From the human T2T-CHM13v2.0 reference genome, Homo sapiens, in NCBI RefSeq assembly GCF_009914755.1, contig NC_060943.1: a DNA stretch of 64,000 nt; one strand, given 5' to 3'. The position numbers and the translations under genes were made by a program. The first letter of the stretch is position 1. Each line of letters begins with the position of its first letter. Positions 25,565 through 62,393 of this stretch are shown piece after piece. The notes under the pieces are model-generated. The model saw only the letters and a list, made by a program, of their open reading frames with translations, was not told the origin of the DNA and did not search any database.

Positions 25565-26400
25565 GAATCTCCATAGGATCAGCAAGATCTCTATAGAATC
25601 TCCATGGGCCCTCCACAGGACCTCCATAAGATCTCAATAGGTTCTCCACAGGTTCTCCATAGGTTGTCCATAGAACCTCCACAGGACCTCCATAGGATCT
25701 CAATAGAACCCCCACAAGACCTCTATAGGATCTCAATAGAACCCTCACAGGACCTCCATAGGATCTCAGTAGAACCCCCACAGGACCTCCATAGGATCTC
25801 AATAGAACCCCCACAGGACCTCCATAGGATCTCAATAGAACCCTCACAGGACCTCCATAGGATCTCAGTAGAACCCCCACAGGACCTCCATAGGATCTCA
25901 ATAGAACCCTCACAGGACCTCCATAGGATCTCAGTAGAACCCCCACAGGACCTCCATAGGATCTCAATAGAACCCCCACAGGACCTCCATAGGATCTCAA
26001 TAGAACCCCCACAGGACCTCCATAGGATCTCAATAGGACATCCACAGGACCTCCATAGAATCTCAATAGAACCCCCACAGGACCTCCATAGGATCTCAAT
26101 AGAACCCCCACAGGACCTCCATAGGATCTCAATAGAACCCCCACAGGACCTCCATAGGATCTCAATAGAACCCTCACAGGACCTCCATAGGATCTCAATA
26201 GAACCCCCACAGGACCTCCATAGGATCTCAATAGAACCCCCACAGGACCTCCATAGAATCTCAATAGATTCTCCATAGGACCTTTGCAGGACATCCATAG
26301 GTTCTCCGTGGATCTTCATAGGACCTCGACTGGATCTCCATAGGATCTTCACAGGGCCTCCGTAAGTTCTTCACAGGATTTCCAGAGTTGCCACAGGATC
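25565..26400. repeat. 33-bp minisatellite (ccacaggacctccataggatctcaatagaaccc), ~20 core copies with degenerate flanks
   Basis: Seen directly; produces 11-aa periodic ORFs on both strands. Confidence 0.95.
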
Positions 26401-27029
26401 TGCCACTGCAGGGACCAGCCGGCATCCTCTACATCCCAAGATGCTGGAAATGACCACGTGGTGATAGTGGTTATGGATTTCCTACAGGAGAATGTGTGAA
26501 ACCATGTTCCTGGGCAACCCTGCGGAGTCCCAATCTCCATTCAGATCCTCCAGGGGCCAGGCTGGAGGGGGTGTCTGGTGTGTCACTGTGTCTGTTCACA
26601 CAGAATGGGGGCTTCTGCAGTAATAATGGGAAACCAGCCCAGAGATAGAGGCAGGGATTGGAGTTATGCTGTCATAATCCATGAAGTGCTGAGCTGAGGA
26701 AACCAGCTGAGCTTGGACTGTAGCGTTGGACAGGAGACATTGATAAAAAGGACTCTGTGGTAGAATGGTGTGGATTTGTTCATTGTGTGTGAAGAAGAAG
26801 ATGCTCAGGGAATGAAAGCTCTTCCATTCTCTGACTTGGTTGACAAGAGGAACCAATAGGGCCATCACAGGAGCAATGACCCCATGTGGGAAGCAGACTG
26901 AAGGAGATGTATTAAAAACAGTTAACTAAGTCAGAGAGAGAAACAGAGCCTCCCAATACCTGGAAAGCATGGTTTGTTCCTCCCAAACTTCCTCCCTCTG
27001 ACTTCTTTATTTCTCTACGTAGCAGCACC

Positions 27030-27985
27030 TCTTCATTTCTCCATCAAAGGCTCTGAGCTGTTTGAGTTCCTCATATATTCTGATGATCAAACCCTTGTTA
27101 GAGGAATAGGTAACAAATGTTTCTCCCTGCCTCTGTAGGTCATAACACCGTTGGTTGTTTCCTGAGCTCTGCAGAAGCTTTTTAGTTTGATACACCCATT
27201 TGTCTATTTTTGAATTCGTTTCCTATGCTTTTGAGGTCTTACTGATAGAATGTTTGCTTAGACCAATGTCTTGAAGCGTTTCCTCTGTGTTTTCTTCTAT
27301 AGTTTCATAGTTTCAGGTCTTACTTTGGGTCTTATTCTGTCTTGAGTAGATTTTTGTATATCGTGAGAGACAGAGGTTGAGTTTTGTTTTTTTGCATATG
27401 GATATGCAGTTTTGCTAGCAGCATTTATTGAAGAAACTGTCCTTTACCCAATATATGTTCTTGGCATGTTTGTTGATAATCAGTTGGCTGTCAATTTGTG
27501 GATTTATTTCTAGGTTCTTTGTTCTGTTCCATTTGTCTATGTGTTTGTTTTTAAGCCAGTGCCTTACTGTTTTGGTTACTATAGCTTTGTAGTGTATTTT
27601 GAAGTCAGGTAGTGTGATGTCTCCAGCTTTGTTTTTTTTTCTCTACATTGCGTTGGCTATTTTGGGTATTTTATGGCTCTATATTAATTTTAGAATTTTT
27701 TATATTTCAGTGAAGAAAGACACTTGTATGTTGATAGGAATTACAATGAATCTGTAGATAGCTTTGGGTCCTATGGTCCTTTTTGTAAACATTTATTGTT
27801 TCAACGTGTGAACATGAGGTATCTTTCCAGTTTTTTCGTGTCCTCTTTAATTTTTCTTAGAGCTTTATAATTTTATTTGTAGAGGTTTTTACCTTGTCAG
27901 TTAAATTTATTAGCAGGTCTTTTATTGTTTGTGGCTATTATAAATGGGATTTCATTCCTGAATTCTTTTTCAGCCAGTTCTGTTC
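27030..27985 (-). mobile_element. L1 (L1MA/PB-type) ORF2 3' region
   Basis: Reverse L1 motifs 'gcagaagctttttagtttgat' and 'atagctttgtagtgtattttgaagtcaggtagtgtgatg'. Confidence 0.85.
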
Positions 27986-28137
27986 TTCAGGGTCAAGCAT
28001 CATGTAAGTTCCCATGTAGGAAAGGAATCCGGAATGAACAGCAGCTGCACACAAATGCCTTTCTCTGATTTCCACCTCAGAGGGGTCCAGGAGGTGATCA
28101 GGCACATGGAGCATTGTCACATTTGGTACCAATCCCA

Positions 28138-28380
28138 GTGTGATCCCTAAAACACCACCTGATTGGGTTGAGCCTCATCTCTGAAATAACCAAGCCCTGT
28201 GTGATCCCTAAACCACCACCTGATTGGGTGGAACCTCATTTCTGGAATAACCAAGCCCTGTGTGATCCCTAAACCACCGCCTGATTGGATGGAACCTCAT
28301 CTCTGGAATAACCAAGCCCTGTGTGATCATCCTAAACCACCACCTGATTGGGTTGAACCTCATGTCTGAAATAACCCCAA
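28138..28380. repeat. 61-bp tandem repeat, 4 copies
   Basis: gtgtgatccctaaaccaccacctgattgggttgaacctcatctctggaataaccaagccct repeated at 61-bp period. Confidence 0.92.
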
Positions 28381-28759
28381 GGCCATGTTGGTGTCCTTCA
28401 TCCCAGTTCTGGTGGTTTCAACATAATGAAATCAGAAAGTTATATGGCCACTTAAAAATGTCAAGTGCATGTCATGAAGTACTGGACAAGGTGTTTCCCT
28501 TTCTGAGGCCCATTCTTACCTGGGTAAGTGGCTCATTGTCTGCGTGGACTCAGGTGAGGTTGATCAGGCAGGTGGGTGTCATGTTGTGAATGAAACACAA
28601 AGTCAACCTGTGAGATCATTGCTCTGACAGGTCAAGAACCACCTGGTTTGCCATTTAGTGGCCAGTGCAGCCTGTGGCATTCACCACCACACTTCAATCT
28701 CAGCTCCCTAAATGGCATGACAAATAAAGATAGATAGGTACAAAAACAGAGATATGCTA

Positions 28760-29900
<1,141 letters not shown>

Positions 29901-30599
29901 GTGATTTACCAATAACTCGAAGTGGATTGAGGGTCACCAAATGAAAGTCAGCGTTCCAGTGCCCGCGTCCAGTGGTCCTTGGAGTTTCCATGTTGAACAG
30001 AACCCTCCAGTATTTCCTGATGTGCAAGCACTATTTTGGATTACATAATCTATTTCCTTTATTTATGGGGTCTATTTTGAGTTTGCCTCCCTAGAAAATA
30101 AATGCTGCCTCTTTTTGAGCTTCATGTGCACACCTTCTTTTTATACTCTTGTTTCTTTACTCAACATCATGATGGAAGGTTGGTTTGCATTGCTCTTTGT
30201 AGATTTTGTCTGTGCCTCTGCACGGCCTCGTAGTATCCCTTGGTGGAATTGAACCACATATGTTTCCTTTGTTTTAGATGTATTTTTGGGTTTTATGGCT
30301 GTTGTGTAATATGAGCAGCAGTCCTGTCCATGTTGTTGTGAATGAAACCTCACCATATGAACACATTTTCCTCTAGGTTCTGTGCTTTGTGTTCATAGCT
30401 GTGTGTCTCTTCTTTTTTTTTTTCTTTTTTTTTTAGATGAAGTCTCGTACTGTCACCTGGGCCGGAGTGCAATGGCGCCACCTTGGCTCACTGCACCAAC
30501 TGGCGCCAACTTGCTTCCGTCTCCCAGGTTCAAGCAATTCTCCTGCCTCAGCCTCCTGAGTAGCTGAAATTACAGGCACCTGCCACCACGCCCAGCTAA

Positions 30600-30758
<159 letters not shown>

Positions 30759-30976
30759 TGATATTTTCCCCAAATTGATTCAAGTAATTTGCAGTCCTAC
30801 CATGGATGTATTGGATTTCTACGTGAGCCCTACTACCTCTGACATTTGATATTGTCATTTTCATCATGTGAAATGAATACCTCAACATTGATCCCTCTCT
30901 TCAGGAATGATCGACAGATAGTCCAGAAAGCATAGGCTGTAGATTTTGTTCCAGAACCTCCTGGGATCATCAGATT

Positions 30977-31249
30977 GAACACATGAGGGTGGGAGACTGC
31001 CATACAAGCTGGGAAGGAGGAATCAGATGATATTGTCATGAATTCCTCAAGAGTTAGTGTTTGCTGGCCTCCAAGAGGCAAGGATCTCTGGGAACTTAAG
31101 ACAGAGAAGCACTTCACACTCACCCATGAGCTCTTTTCCGTGGGTCTCAACTGGGCATTCACAACATAGATTGGAAGTAAGGTGGAGACCCAAAATTTGT
31201 GATCAGACATGATTACCTTCCACAGTGTGTGGCCTGAAATCTCACCCCC
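30977..31249 (-). repeat. 273-bp inverted copy of 61318-61590 inside the LILRA6 3' UTR
   Basis: Only 2 mismatches found by manual comparison. ORFs 30833..31210(-) and 61357..61710(+) share their first ~78 aa with one difference. Confidence 0.9.
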
Positions 31250-31347
31250 CTCTGGACGTCCTAGATTGTCCTCCAGAGCCTTCTGGGATCATCAGATCTG
31301 TCCCTGAGGCTCCACCACGCTGAAGGGTGCATTGTCCTCTCCGCTGT

Positions 31348-35119
<3,772 letters not shown>

Positions 35120-36886
35120 GGCGTCTCCTTCCGGTGACCCCGCGCTCTGCAGAGGGATGAGCCCTCAGTGCTGGCAGGACAGAGAGACACACAGGGTGTG
35201 GCCGCTCGGAGGCTGGGTCCTTCTTGTCATGGGGTTGTCTCATCCTCAGCCCACAGGAAGAGGAACTGCCACCCCAGGAACCTGGCTCTGATTTCCCCAG
35301 GGCTGAAGTGGGGGCAGGCACCAGGCTCTCTGCAGGCATTTCAGAGAGAAATGGGGTCTCCCTGCCCCCGGGCCACTGTCTGCCTGATTTATCTTTATCT
35401 CACTGAGGACGGGGACACAGCCGCAAATAGACCTGGTGCCTTCCTGAGTCAGCCCCTTTGAGGCGAGGGTGACCGTGGGCTCCTCCTCCCTCTCAGAGCC
35501 TCCCCATGGGGTCTCCCTCCCTCCTTCAGCTCGTCCATCAGTTCAGCGTTACGGGGTCCTTACCATGGCAGTCGTCTCTCCAGCCCTGGAGATGCTTCAG
35601 GGAAGACCCAGGTCCATGCTGCAGGCAGACTCAGATCAGCAGAGACGCACCTGACACCTGGCTGTGTAGTCCAGGCTGAGCTGCGTGTAGCAGTGAGCAC
35701 AGAGAAATGCAGGGTCTACCGTGGTGGCTCATGCCTGGAATCCCAGTACTTCAGGAGGCTGTGGCGGGTGATGGCTTGAGGCCAGGAGCTTCAGACAGTC
35801 CTGGGAAACAGACTGTGACCCTGTTTCTACAGAAAAGAAAAAAGTGAGCTGGGCATGGAGGCTCATGCCTGTGGTCCCAGCTACTCAGGAGGCTGAGGTG
35901 GGAGGATCACTTGGGCCCGGGAGGCGGAGGCTTCAGGGAGCTATGATCACCCCTTGGCCTTCCAGCCTGGGCGACAGAGCAAGATCCTGTCTAAAAAGGA
36001 GAAATAGAGGGGATAAAGAGAAATATATATATATATGTTTCATTGTAATCTATAATCTGATTCTGGGGAAGGTGAGCTGATTTGTATTTAATTCCTGATT
36101 ATCATCTAGGGTTTATGTGACTTTGGACATGAATGTCACCTCTGAGCCTGCTGTCATGAACCCCACTCATCACAGTGGCTGTGGGGGTCAGTGGTGCCCA
36201 GGACATGGGAGGCTCAGCCATGGTGAATTTCCAGACCAGTTCAGACAGGAGGGTGGGGACGGGAGAGGATCCTGGTGCTGGGCTTCACAGTCGAGGAGGA
36301 TGATTGACGCCCCCACTCAAGAGCCCACATCGGCTCCAAATACCATGAAATTCTCCTTGTGATACGTCTGAAATATGCAGATCATCACAGCCACAGGCAG
36401 AGAAAGAGGAAAAACAGTTCCTCACATTGAGACGCATCCCCTTCCATGAGCAGAGTTCAATGCTGAGTGGCCACAGGTGTCTGGGACCACCGAGCGTCAT
36501 TAGGGAGGAGGAGGCTCCCACCTCCATGTGGGACAGAAGAGGAACCCCACGTCCTCCCAGGCAGGGAGGGGTCAGGGCTCTGGGTGAGGCTGGAAGCGGT
36601 GGCTCCCCCTCCCCTGTGTGTGTGGACAGGCGCTGGGGGGTCTCTGCTCACTCACTGGAGGCCACGGTCAGCGCTCAGCCCCTCCCCTGTGTGTGAGAAA
36701 CAGATTCAATCCACGGTGGTCAGACATGGGCGTCTGCCCCACAGGTGAGTGTGAGGCTGGCGTTGGTCCCATCCCTGCTGGGCACAATCTTGAGCTGACA
36801 CTGAGTTTGGGGGAGTGGGGCAGGAGCAGCGGCAACAATCCCCTTCATCAGGCTGATGCCTGGACAGCCGTGGGAGAAACCCTTTA

Positions 36887-42200
<5,314 letters not shown>

Positions 42201-42209
42201 CCCATGCAG

Positions 42210-42422
42210 AGCCTTTGACCACAGACTGAAGGGCTGCACTGTCGGCTTCTCGGCTTCTGAGGTTTTGGTACTCGGACTAGCTTCCTTGCTCCTCAGCTTA
42301 CAGACAGTCTATTGTGGGACCTCACCTTGTGATCGTGTGGATCAATACTCCTTAATAAACTCCCCTTTATATATACATCTATCCTGTTAGTTCTGCCCCT
42401 CTAGAGAACCCTGACTAATACA
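42210..42422 (+). mobile_element. MLT2A (HERV-L LTR) 3' fragment
   Basis: Ends 'gttagttctgcccctctagagaaccctgactaataca'. Confidence 0.8.
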
Positions 42423-42979
42423 TGTTTCTGAAATACGCAGCCATAGAAGGAAATGAGAAATGAAACTTCCTGACACAGGCAGGAAACCTCAGGAAGCAGC
42501 GAGGTCAGAGCTGAGTTGGCTTCTGGTGACTTGCAATGTCAGGGAATCACTAAAAGGGAGGTTTCCGCCTCTATATGAGACAGAGGAGAACCCCAGGGCC
42601 CTCACAGTCAGGGAGGGGTTGGGGTTTTGGGTGAAAGTGGGAAGTTGTGGCTCCTCGTCCCCTGTGTTTGTGGATGGCACTGGGGTATCTCTGCTCATTG
42701 ACTCAGGTTTATGGTCAGCCCTGAGCCTCCCCCTCTGTGTGTGTGAAATAGATTGATTGTAGAGTTGTCAGACATGAGGTTCACACTGGACCCTCCCCTG
42801 CTGGTTACAGGCCTGAGCAGACTCACAAGACCCGGGCAGGTGGTGCCGTCCTCCTCTTTTCAAGCCTAACGCCCAGTGCAGCCCTGGTAGAAACCCTCTC
42901 TGGCAGATGAGGCACTGGGAGATGAGTGTCCAAGAATGAGAAGAAAGAGGAATCATCCTAATGATAAAAAGTGCTATGA

Positions 42980-44533
<1,554 letters not shown>

Positions 44534-44963
44534 TTAAAAGTGAAAAAAATAAAGGCAATATGTGTCAGATTTGTGGTGGTGTCTGCTGTTTCACCCCCAT
44601 ATGGAAATGTGTGCCTGAACCCCGCTTTTTTCCTTGATTATTGTGGCTAGGATTTGTGAATGTAATTCACATTCTCAAGAATGAGCTTTTTTGGCTTCAT
44701 CGAGTTTTCACGTAGCCCTCATTAGTAACTCCTCTTGTTATTTTTGTCCCCTTCCTCACACCTTCATTTGGAATAATTTGTTGTTCTTTTTCTAAATTCT
44801 TTCTGTCATTGCCAAGGTCATTAATTACGTAGGTTTTATTCTTTTCTAATTCATTCGCTCATTTGTAGTTTTCCGATTTCATCATTTAATGTGTAATATT
44901 TACATTATCAATCCAAATTTATACCATGCTCTAATTTCTGTTTCAGTTTTCTCAGCTCATTGA

Positions 44964-44969
44964 TTTATT
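44964..44969 (-). terminator. LILRB5: LILRB5 proximal polyadenylation signal AATAAA
   Basis: tttatt on the + strand, ~215 nt past the stop codon. Confidence 0.6.
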
Positions 44970-45183
44970 GAGAAGTCTGTGGCTTCATTTCAAAAATGCA
45001 AGGATATTAGTCATCTTTGACTGCAGAATCTAGTGAGTCCCAGAGTTCCCAGGATGTCCTGGTGGTCTTTGTTAGGGGTCCAGGCTGGCTGGGGTTCATT
45101 GGTGTCCACTGGGGGCAGCTCCTGTGCCTTCTGGAGTCTCTGAGTCTCCTTCTGTTGAGTATGAGATCTGGGTCCCCCGTGGG

Positions 45184-51590
<6,407 letters not shown>

Positions 51591-52302
51591 GGCGTCAGCT
51601 CCCACTGGACTCAGCTGTGCAGGCGGATGAGACCACGGTGCCTGGCAGGACACAAAAACACGCAGAGTGTGGACTGGAGGCTGGGTTCTCCCTGTCACAA
51701 GACTGTCCCATCGGAAGCCCCACAGGAAGGGGAACTGCCCTCCCCAAGAGCCTGGCTCTCATTTCCCCAGGGATGGGGCTGGGGTGAGCTCCAGGCTCTC
51801 TGCAGACATTTCAGACAGAAATGGGGTCTCCCTGAGCCCTAGCCGCTGTCGGCCTGACCTATACTCAGCTCACCAAGGGCTAGGGCAGAGCAACAAAACC
51901 CCTCCGCTGGGAATGAACCTCTAAGTCGTTCCTGCCTCCTCAGTGCCCCTTTGTCCTTGGCCGTCCCTCTGTGCCTCCAACCATGTTCAAGGTTTTCAGA
52001 ACAATTACTCAGGTTTGTCATCTGATTCATGGGGTGGAGTGGGGAGCTGAATTTTCTTCCTAATTCCACCGATTATGTGACCTTGGACAGCAAAGTGGCT
52101 TGCTTGAGCCTTTCTCTTTTGGAACTTGTGGTCATGACCTCAGCTTCTCAGAGTGGATGTGGGGCTCAGTGGTGCCTGGGACATGGGAGGGGGCTTGGCC
52201 ATGGTGAATTTCCAGACCAGATTAAGACAGGAGTGGTTGGGGTGTGAGAGGATCCTGGCATTGAGCTCCGTAGTAGAGGAGGATGATTGATGCCCCAACT
52301 CA

Positions 52303-56265
<3,963 letters not shown>

Positions 56266-56858
56266 TTAAAAATCACAGGATGGCCACGTAATAAATGAAA
56301 GTAGCACTGCACCTCTATCACCCCATCCTTCAGTCAGGATCAGCTTGGAATAAAGAGGGACTTCTCCTTGCTGGAAAAAGCTGAGAAAAAGACCTAGCAG
56401 CTTCCATCAACACTTTGGACACCTGTAGATCTCACCATTGGAGATTCCCTTTCACAGACACTAAGCACAGCTGACGGAGCTACCCAGATTCCACACAGCT
56501 GCACTCACCCAGGAGAAAAGACTGACACTGTGCCCCACTGTCCACGGCCATCACGGCTCTGGCACTATGCCATTGTGGAATGGGATCTACTTCTGGACCT
56601 CTGGGGGACACGTAGCCGCAGCATCCTTTCACTGCTGAGGGATTGTCACTGCTGAGCCAGCCTTGCCTGGTGGCCTGCCATCCCCAGGCTGAGCTGTTGC
56701 TCTACACTACCCTGTCGTGCCAAGCTGCCTAGAGCCACTCGATCCACCTTTCCCAGTGGCAGATGCATCCTGACCCTCAGGGACCGAGCTGAAGTGGAAA
56801 CGGTGCCTTGGGTGTTCACAAGAGTGATGGCCTGTGCCTGCGCTAGTGTGACACGCTG

Positions 56859-57955
56859 TGTATTAGGGTTCTCTAGAGGGACACAACTAATGGCGTATAT
56901 ATGTGTGTGTGTGTGTGTGTAAAATCGTATCTGGTGTATATATATGTGTGTATATATACACATATCAAAAATATATATGTATATGTGTGTGTATATATGT
57001 GTGTGTATATATGTGTGTGTATATGTGTGTGTATATGTGTGTGTATATATGTGTGTGCATATATGTTTGTGTGTATATATATGTGTGTGTATATGTGTGT
57101 GTATATATGTGTGTGTATATATGTTTGTGTGTATATATATGTGTGTGTATATATATGTTTGTTTATATATATGTGTGTATATATATGTGTGTATATATAT
57201 AAAATCATATCTGGGGTATATATATGTGTGTATATATACACATATCAAAAAATATATATGTATATATGTGTGTATATATATGTGTATGTATATATGTGTG
57301 TGTATATATGTGTGTATATATATGTGTGTGTATATATGTTTGTGTGTATATATATGTGTATGTATATATGTGTATGTATATATGTGTGTGTATATATGTG
57401 TGTGTATATATATGTGTGTGTATATATATGTTTGTGTGTATATATGTGTGTATATATATGTTTCTGTGTATATATATGTGTGTATATATATGTTTGTGTG
57501 TATATATATATAATCGTATCTGGTGTATATATATGTACACATATCAAAAAATATATGTGTGTGTACATATATGTGTGTATATATATGTGTGTGTATATAT
57601 ATGTGTGTACATATATGTTTGTGTGTATATATGTGTGTGTATATGTGTGTATATATATACCCTACATATATATACCATACATATATATGTATATACACCA
57701 TATCTATATGGGTGTTTATTAAGTATTAACACACTATTATACAAAAATTAGCCTGGTGTGTGTGTGTGTGTATACATATATATATATAAAATCATATATG
57801 TGTGTATATATATGCATGTGTGTATATATATGTGTGTGTATATATATGTGTGTATATATACACATACATATATATGTATATACACCATATATATATGTGT
57901 GTGTGTATATATATATATATACGAGTGTTTATTAAGTATTAACTCACACTATTAT
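56859..57955 (-). repeat. MLT2A LTR end containing a ~1-kb expanded compound (TA)/(TG) microsatellite
   Basis: 'tgtattagggttctctagagggacacaactaat', then the TA/TG array, then 'gtttattaagtattaactcacac'. Confidence 0.88.
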
Positions 57956-58001
57956 ACAAAAATTAGCCCAGTGTGGTGGTGCACGCCTGTAGTCCCAGCT
58001 A

Positions 58002-58157
<156 letters not shown>

Positions 58158-58330
58158 TCAAAAAAAAAAAAAAAAAAAAAAAAAGACATGATCCAGGCAA
58201 CATCGATGGGGCATCACCAGGGTCTGTCCTGTCTGTTGCAGTCCACACTTTGCCCTGCTCATAGCCCCATGAACTTCATGTTCATGTCTTTTCACACTAT
58301 AACTTCTTCCAGGTCTTTGCTGGACACATT

Positions 58331-58451
58331 AAAAAAATATATATATATATAAAATGCTTCATGAAATTTGTTAATATCCTTGTGCAGCTGCCATGCTGAT
58401 CTTCTCTGTATCATTCCGATTTTGGTATATGTGCTGCCAAAGCAACAACAC
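58331..58451 (-). pseudogene. U6 snRNA retropseudogene
   Basis: Reverse complement contains GGCAGCACATATACCAAAATCGGAATGATACAGAGAAGATCAGCATGG. TSD ctggacacatt at 58320-58330 and 58453-58463. Confidence 0.9.
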
Positions 58452-58736
58452 ACTGGACACATTTATCTACAAATGAGGCAAACAAAGCATATGGGTGTGA
58501 ATAGGGAGAAGTACAGTGTTCTCTGTTGTAATTGACCCCGAGGTCATCCTTTATATTTACCAGCTTTGCTGTCTATCACCCTCTCTAGGTTCTGCTTACC
58601 TTCTGCCAGAGTTCGCATGAGAAACTCTACTTGTCTCAACTATCGGCCCAATGAAATAAACATAAATTTCAACCTTGAGGCATCTGAGCACCTGATTATT
58701 GTGCCTGTTTCAGGCTTTCTTGTGGGAGTTGCCCAT

Positions 58737-59512
<776 letters not shown>

Positions 59513-59794
59513 CCAACCCCAGTCATGGTTACCTCCAGCTATGGAGAATTCATCACTGCCACAGTGAATTATCTAAGCTGCCCAACCACCCTCTCTTCAC
59601 CAAATCCTCCTCCTCATCGTTAAAGAAAATTACCCAGGCCAGTATGATATCTTTCTCCTTACCTGCTGATGTACTGTAATGAGGAAACCCAAGGAAAACC
59701 AGCTACATCATCATTTTAGGTACAGAGTAATTTTTGTGTTGTCCCCTGGTAGTGGTTTCTTACCAGGCAGATCTTCTAACCCAGGGTCACCTAA

Positions 59795-60316
<522 letters not shown>

Positions 60317-61710
60317 TAACAGAACCCCCAAACTGCAGAGTCTCATTCACAAACTGTTCAATACATCCAATTTCAAGAGGCCATTTCAATGTTCTTTCAG
60401 TCCCAGTAAAACCAAACCACTGCATAGTACATATCTCAGGTCATTCCCAGAATATCACGTGGCCATGTTCTCATTCCCTCCACGGATTTTGTGGGCATCT
60501 GGATTCCCATTCTGAGAATAAGTCATGGGTTATTTCGTTTAAACAAGTCAGACATTCTGAGTGCTCACAGACCCCTGCGAGGAGCTCCGTCAAACCCATT
60601 TTCAGCACAAGCATCCTTCAGACTAAGGAAGGTTTGCTGCCCCCTCGTGGGTGGAATGTGTTCCATGGCATCAAGTTACTACCAGGCATCACATCCAGAC
60701 CTCTCTGCTGGTCACAGGTGAGACTTTCAGCTACAGTGGTGGCTACGTGGTCCTTGGTGAGAGGGAGTCACTGGTGTTGGGTTCATGCATGTCCTCCTTT
60801 CTTGCTCCATGGCTATCCCATTCACGGGCCCCTCCTGCTTGCATTGGGCCTGCTGACCCCACAGCTGGATGGATTCCACTGCATCAATTCTGTACTCCAC
60901 CTGGTGCCTCCCCCAGCTGTGGACTGCTCTTGCTTGCTTCTCAGGGATAGGCTCATGGTAGGGAGTATAAATTTCTCCTGTCCTCACCCAGCCTCAGTCT
61001 TGGACAATTTCTATATGAGTGGGCCTTGAGGGTGGAGCTTGCTCAGTGTTTGTGTCCTTCTTCCCCTTGGCAGCTGGATTGTACTTGGTAGCTTTGGTTG
61101 ACTTGGGCAGGAATTTCCTGTCCCTTCCCTGACATTTGTATATCTGGGATTATGGTTTCAGGAATTTTCTGCAGTACTCCTAGGGATAGAGGGACTTTTA
61201 AATCTACCTTCTTATATCCACAATGGGTTTTTACCTGGGGCCTGAGATTGGCTGGTTTTTCTGAACCTCTCTCAATGACTTCAGTCTTTTTCTACACATG
61301 GGAGAAGTATCTGGGCAGGGGGTGAGATTTCAGGCCACACACTGTGGAAGGTAATCATGTCTGAGCACAAATTTTGGGTCTCCACCTTACTTCCAATCTA
61401 TGTTGTGAATGCCCAGTTGAGACCCACGGAAAAGAGCTCATGGGTGAGTGTGAAGTGCTTCTCTGTCTTAAGTTCCCAGAGATCCTTGCCTCTTGGAGGC
61501 CAGCAAACACTGACTCTTGAGGAATTCATGACAATATCATCTGATTCCTCCTTCCCAGCTTGTATGGCAGTCTCCCACCCTCATGTGTTCTGCCTTTGTA
61601 GAGCCTGTCATGGCATCCTACTCCTCCTTGGAATTCAGGTTACTCAGTTGCTCCCAGAGCTCGGATTTCTGATGGTCTCAGGTGAAATCTACATTATGGA
61701 GTTGATCTGA

Positions 61711-62390
<680 letters not shown>

Positions 62391-62393
62391 TTT

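Noticed and set aside
25545-26352. Long ORFs (249, 224, 209 aa) with 11-aa periodicity; CRISPR-like appearance
   Set aside because: They arise from a stop-free 33-bp tandem unit that is open on both strands. There are no unique spacers, no cas genes, and the DNA is human.
58331-58451. Functional U6 snRNA gene
   Set aside because: Many substitutions, a TSD, and no recognisable PSE/TATA upstream indicate a retropseudogene.
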